Of a DNA stretch of 64,000 bases, positions 58,454 to 64,000 are shown piece after piece. Origin of the DNA: Eledone cirrhosa (Eukaryota); contig OZ024740.1 in NCBI GenBank assembly GCA_964016885.1, positions 208,072,001-208,136,000 on the forward strand, given 5' to 3'. Within the stretch, counting starts at the first letter, position 1, and each line of letters opens with the position of its first letter. A program made the position numbers and the translations under genes. The notes under the pieces are model-generated. The model made no database searches, was not told where the DNA came from, and saw only the letters and a program-made list of their open reading frames with translations.

Positions 58454-59495
58454 AGGAGGTAAGTTTTATTGTAGCACAATAAAGCAATGCAAATATCGGA
58501 TAAGTAGCACTCTACAGTTTGTAGGACTGGAGTATAAATAATATAACATCAAAAGAAGGTTAAAAGAGTTCCAAGTATTTTATTATGCGCATTTCAAAAA
58601 CAAATATCATCATGAGATGATATCTGCGTTTTCATCAGATAAAATAGAGATACATGATATGAAGGTTAAAAAACACTTGTGAATAGTGAAGTTTTAAATC
58701 AAGATATGAAAAATAATTTAAGATTAATGTGTGATATTGGGGTGAGGGGGGTTGGAAAGGGTAAGGAAGAGGAGGAGATGAGAGTAAAGATTGGTGGGGG
58801 GTGGAGTATAAGAAGGAAGGATGAGAGAGGAGGAGAGATGGGTGATAGAGAGAGACAGATAGCCTTTACAACTGAGAAAAATATATATTGTCTCAGAGAA
58901 GTTAAAAAGCCGTTGGAAGATAATAGATAATTTAAAAGAATTTGATATTAAAAGTTGATGAAGAGAAAAAGGGGTTAAGAATAATATTAAATTAAGGTTT
59001 GTATATTGAAGGGTTTAATAATATCACCCATATCTCCCCCTCTCTCATCCTTCCTTCTTATACTCCTCCCCCACCATTCTTTACTCTCATCTCCTCCTCT
59101 TCCTTACACTTTCCGACCCCCCTCACTTTTTCCCAATATTACACATCAATCTTAAATTATTTTTCATATGTTGATTTAAAACTTCACTATCCACAAGTGT
59201 TTTTTAACCTTCATATCATGTATCCCTCTTTTATCTGATGAAAACGCAGATATCATCTCATGATGATATTTGTTTTTGAAATGCGCATAATAAAATACTT
59301 GGAACTCTTTTAACCATCTTTTGATCTTATGTTATATATATATAAGATCAAAAGATGGTTAAAACAGTTCCAAGTATTTTATTATGCGCATTTCAAAAAC
59401 AAATATCATCATGAGATGATATCTGCGTTTTCATCAGATAAAAGAGGGATACATGATATGAAGGTTAAAAAACACTTGTGAATAGTGAAGTTTTA
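58450..59495. mobile_element. Triple alternating array of PLE-like family C with three intact hammerheads
   Basis: HHRs at 58576-58646(-), 59229-59295(+) and 59375-59443(-), all CTGATGA..GAAA tgcgca TA. Confidence 0.88.
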
Positions 59496-59694
59496 ATATA
59501 TATATGTGTGTGTGTAGTGGGGGTTGGGGCACGACGGTTGAGCTCTTTCCGTTTTGACAGCAAATTCCCGATTTTCTACTATATTTACTACGAATGTTTT
59601 AATGATGCCGATAATTCAGAATAGTAGATTTGTGTTCGGTTTTTATGAAATGGACGTGAATATATATTTTTTTAAACTCTCAAACATCGGTTTA

Positions 59695-60034
59695 TCTATA
59701 TATATAAAACTGAGGATGTCTGTCTGTGTGTGCGTGAGTTTGAATCCCTAAAACTCGAGAAGCACCCAACCGACTGTTTTCAAACTTTACACATGCAATA
59801 CTTATGTTTCGAGGAGTGTTCTGAGCAAAGAAAATTTCAAATTCTCAATGCCCTAGGGACCACATTAGGCGATTTACCGATCTCCATCTATAATTCTTAG
59901 TCTTTCTCTTTTTAGATATATACATACATATAACGTCGCGCCCTTATAATATCTATCTGTCTGTATGTCTGGCTGTCTGCATTACGTAACTTCCCTGAGG
60001 ATGTCTGTCTGTGTGTGTGTGTGTCTGTATGTGT

Positions 60035-60093
<59 letters not shown>

Positions 60094-60704
60094 TGTGTGT
60101 CTCTGTGAGTTTGAATCCCTAAAACTCGAAAAGTACCCAACCGATTCTTTTCCAACTTTACATGTGTATTACTTATGTTTGGGAGAGTGTTATCCACATT
60201 AAAAAATTCAACTTTTTGATCTCCTAGGACCCGCATTAGGTGAAAAACTGCGTTTTTAAAGCTTTTTAGGGTTTTTTGAGGCGTTATGTCAGACCGATTT
60301 CCTTGAAATTGTAACTATGTATTAGTCAGTCTCTTCTTCATAGCGTGAGCAAAGAAAATCCAACTTTTTTATGGCCTAAAGCCCGCATTAGGTAAAAAAC
60401 ATCATTTTTTCAGCTTTTTAGGGCTTTTTGGAGGCTTTACGTCTAGCAGATTTTGCCGAAATTTCAGGGTATATTATGCACATAAAAAAAATTTATTTTC
60501 TTGATCCCCTAGGGCCTGCATTAGGTGAAAACCTGCATTTTTCCTGCTTCATCGAGGAAAATCTTAATGATTATCCAGCCATCAGAGTATTCGGTTTATT
60601 TTCTTTACATATTGTCCACGCATGCAGTTTCTCCACGATTAGGTCTGTTGGCGGCCCGCGTTCCAAAACACCTTATCCTGTGCAACGCCGAGTACCACTG
60701 CTAG
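59695..60704 (+). mobile_element. Non-autonomous Helitron with duplicated 5' module
   Basis: A|TCTATATATATAAAACTGAGGATG ... hairpin-CTAG|T; internal CCTAGGGCCCGCATTAGG-like subrepeats. Confidence 0.78.
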
Positions 60705-61202
60705 TAATTAATATTTTTCTTGACATTAATTGCAATTTTCACTATCATATTACCATTAGAGCGATTTATGTTTTACTGTGAAATTAAATTACGAACCTAG
60801 TTACTACATATGTTATATACGTATTACATGAATGATGTATTATACGGTTTTGAGTTTCATTTTATCTTTTATTAATTATTTTTCTAGCTTGTAACAGTAA
60901 GAAGACAAGTTCATAGTTTCCCCTTTATAAAACACCACAAGTTAGAAATACTATTAACACCATATTTAAAGATCATATTTTCACCATTCCTATAGGATTT
61001 GAATATGATTCAGTATTTATTGCCATGAGTACAAGATAAACTAAGAATCGTTACACGGTCAAGAATGTTTCTCGTCTGAAGCTGTTTAAGTAGATATATT
61101 TATATTAACCCATTCAGGATGTCTGCAACTCTCGAAGCTGTCTACATTTATTAGAATAAGACAGGGGCGGGGAAATGCGGAGGAAATATAAGAAATATAT
61201 GA

Positions 61203-61511
61203 AGGCGTGTGACTTTGTGGTTAGGGTATTCGGCTTACAATCCTAAGCTTATGATTTCGATTCCCGGCGGTGCGTTGTGTCCTTGAGCAAGACACTTTAT
61301 TTCACGTTGCTTCACTCTACTCAGTTGACAAAAATGAGTTGTGCCTGTAGATCGAATGGCCAGCCTTATCACATTCTGTGTCATGCTGAATCTCTCTGAG
61401 AACTACGTTAAGGGTACACGTGTCTGTAGAATGCTCACGTTAATTTCACGAGCAGGCTGTTCCGTTGATCATATCAACTGAAACACTCATCGTCGTATTC
61501 GACGGAGTACC
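61203..61511 (+). mobile_element. CORE-type tRNA SINE
   Basis: A box-like GTGGTTAGGG, TTCGATTCC, GTGTCCTTGAGCAAGACACTTTA. Confidence 0.75.
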
Positions 61512-61673
61512 TTTCATAAGAAAGAAGAAAATTATTATTTACATTGATAATGTAATATTGAAAATATACCAGTGTAACTAAAGGTGACGTATTGATTGAG
61601 TTATTATTGTCGTCTGGTAGAATATCTTGTGGTGCTTGTTCCAGCTCTCGAATCTCTGATGCAAAATTACGGC

Positions 61674-61972
61674 CAGGGCTGGATTTGATGGGGGGGGGGG
61701 CATTTTCTCCGGGCCCCTTGAAGTAGGCGCCCCACCTGCGACGGCCTTAGCAATTTATTTGTGCCCTCAGCTGGGAATTTTAGTTTTAGGATGGTTAGAC
61801 TTTTAGAATTTAATAATTATATGTATAACTGTTCAATTCCAATTACTTGCGCCAAGCTCTAACTTTGATATGTAAAATCGGTGGGTTTGCTATATATTCT
61901 AATTTTGTGGTGTTTGAGGCGGCCCCCAAACCTGAAGTGTCCCGAGCACCCCAAGGTCTGCATCCAAACCTG
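61674..61972. mobile_element. hAT-like MITE
   Basis: Termini CAGGGCTGGAT / ATCCAAACCTG; 8-bp flanks ATTACGGC / ATCTCGGC. Confidence 0.55.
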
Positions 61973-62573
61973 ATCTCGGCTGCAAGTAAATTTGGCTTTA
62001 GTCCATTTGGGATCGAGTAGCAGTCTTTGGCGATAGATTAGTGAGATTGTTAGAGAATCGGACGAGATGTTTAGCGATGTGTGTTCAGGCACTTTGCGTT
62101 CTGATTATGACAGTTGTGATGGATGGAGAAGTATTGTGGTCACCTGCTACTGCTTGATGAACCAATACGTTACAGGACAAAACATAAAGACAAACATGAA
62201 CATGCACACTTACACAATATATATATATATATACACACACACTCACATACAACACAAACCATGTTTTACTTATATATACTAACAAACACACACATACATG
62301 TATACACACGCGCGCACAAACAATCCCACAGACAACCATATACACACATACACAATATATATATACCTGTCAATTTTTCGTTGTTGTAATATTAATGTGA
62401 CAACATGCCTCTAATCGCATTGTTCATGGTGTCACTATTACCTAACTTCTTGTGTTCACTCTGAGGAGAAATTTATTAATTACTTTATTATTGAGTGCTT
62501 TGTAACAGTCTTCGAAGATCGGGCGCTAATCTGCTACTTGCAGCTGCAACTTCGATTATATTCATTACTATTA

Positions 62574-62599
62574 TCTATATATATAAAACTGAGGATGTC

Positions 62600-62634
<35 letters not shown>

Positions 62635-63233
62635 GTTTGAATCCCTAAAACTCGAGAAGTACCCAACCGATTTTATCAAACTTTACATGTGTATTACTTA
62701 AGTTTCAGGGAGAGTTATCCACATTAAAAAATTCAACTTTTTGATCGCCTAGGGCCCGCATTATGTGAAAAACTGCGTTTTTTTTCCATTTTTTATGTGT
62801 TTTGGGGGGCGTTACGTCAGACCGATTTCTTTGAAATTGTAACTATGTATTAGTCAGTGTCTTCTTCAAACCGTGAGCAAAGAAAATCCAAGTTTTTTAT
62901 GGCCTAGGGCCCGCAGTAGGTGGAAAAAATTCATTTTTTCAGCTTTTTAGGGCTTTTTTAGGCGTTACGTCTAGCAGATTTTCCTGATATTTCAAGGCAT
63001 ATTATGCACATAAAAAAGATTCATTTTCTTGATCCCCTAGAGCCCGCATTAGGTGAAAACCTGCATTTTTCCTGCTTCATCGAGGAAAATCTTAAAGATT
63101 ATCCAGCCATCAGAGTATTCGATTTATTTTCTTTACATATTGTCCAGGCATACAGTTTTCCCACGATTAGGTCTGTTGGCGGCCCGCGTTCCAAAAATAC
63201 CTTATCCCGTGCAACACCGGGTACCACTACTAG
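62574..63233 (+). mobile_element. Non-autonomous Helitron (same family as 59695-60704)
   Basis: 5' TC, 3' CCCGTGCAACACCGGG hairpin and CTAG, inserted at A|T. Confidence 0.82.
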
Positions 63234-63265
<32 letters not shown>

Positions 63266-63395
63266 GCAAAGAGGGTGTGATAAGACGCCAGGTAAACTAT
63301 AACGCGCCAGAGTACTCAATACTTAGTGTAGTAGAGAGGGTAATAGAAAAAGAGTCAGGACCACAATATATGATTTCTTACCACACCCTCTTTGT

Positions 63396-63426
<31 letters not shown>

Positions 63427-63681
63427 TAATCTTGCAGTTTCTCCCCTTATATCCAAATACGTAATAGTATTGTGATGTGATGTGAATTTACTTCCTATAA
63501 AATGTAATTTCCAGAAATATTCCTAAGTATATTTTGTTAATGTAAGTAGAAATATTCCAATATACAAACATATATGTATATATGTATATATTCATTTTTG
63601 ACGTTCGATTATATACTTACATATCTACATATCTTTCTATCTATCTATCTATTTATCTATCTATCTATATCTATCTATCTA

Positions 63682-63714
<33 letters not shown>

Positions 63715-64000
63715 CTCTACGATGGACACATGTGCTGAGCTCGCTCGGTAAGTTTTTGTTTAAATTCATACGGAAATTGTAAACTGTAAACTTTCATTTT
63801 TGTACCATTTTGTAGAGGGACTGCCAGGTCAAATTTTGATCTGGTCGGTCTCTCAAAATATTCTGCGCCTTTGGGCGAAATAGTATTGTGAACATTTTAT
63901 CTTTCGAAAAACTTCGAAAAACCCTATTTTGAGAAAAATGGCTGAAGCATCTTCACCATCAATCAAAGAAGGAAAGGGGAAGTCATACTCACAGCTTCCC

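Overview
AT-rich, microsatellite-saturated eukaryotic non-coding DNA. The SINE families, (TA)n/(CATA)n load and retroelement types suggest an octopus/coleoid cephalopod genome (inference). No host protein-coding gene can be supported, and most ORF-track calls are translated microsatellites. The real coding remnants are retroelements: a Tx1/L1-clade LINE, two R4/Dong-like RLE LINEs ending in (TAA)n, a (CATA)n-embedded RLE fragment, an RTE fragment, and at least seven Penelope-like element (PLE) copies (five Naiad-type, two of another GIY-YIG PLE lineage). There are also tRNA-derived SINEs, non-autonomous Helitrons and mariner/hAT MITEs. The most striking signal is about 20 type-I hammerhead ribozyme (HHR) motifs from about 9 sequence families. 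Most have (near-)palindromic stem III and lie in PLE pseudo-LTR-like fold-backs. One cluster (58.4-59.5 kb) has the geometry to release a ~800-nt rod-like RNA with ribozymes in both polarities. A circularly permuted ~260-bp repeat carries a complete tRNA-like cloverleaf with its own Pol III terminator. All folds and alignments were done by eye, and element boundaries are approximate.
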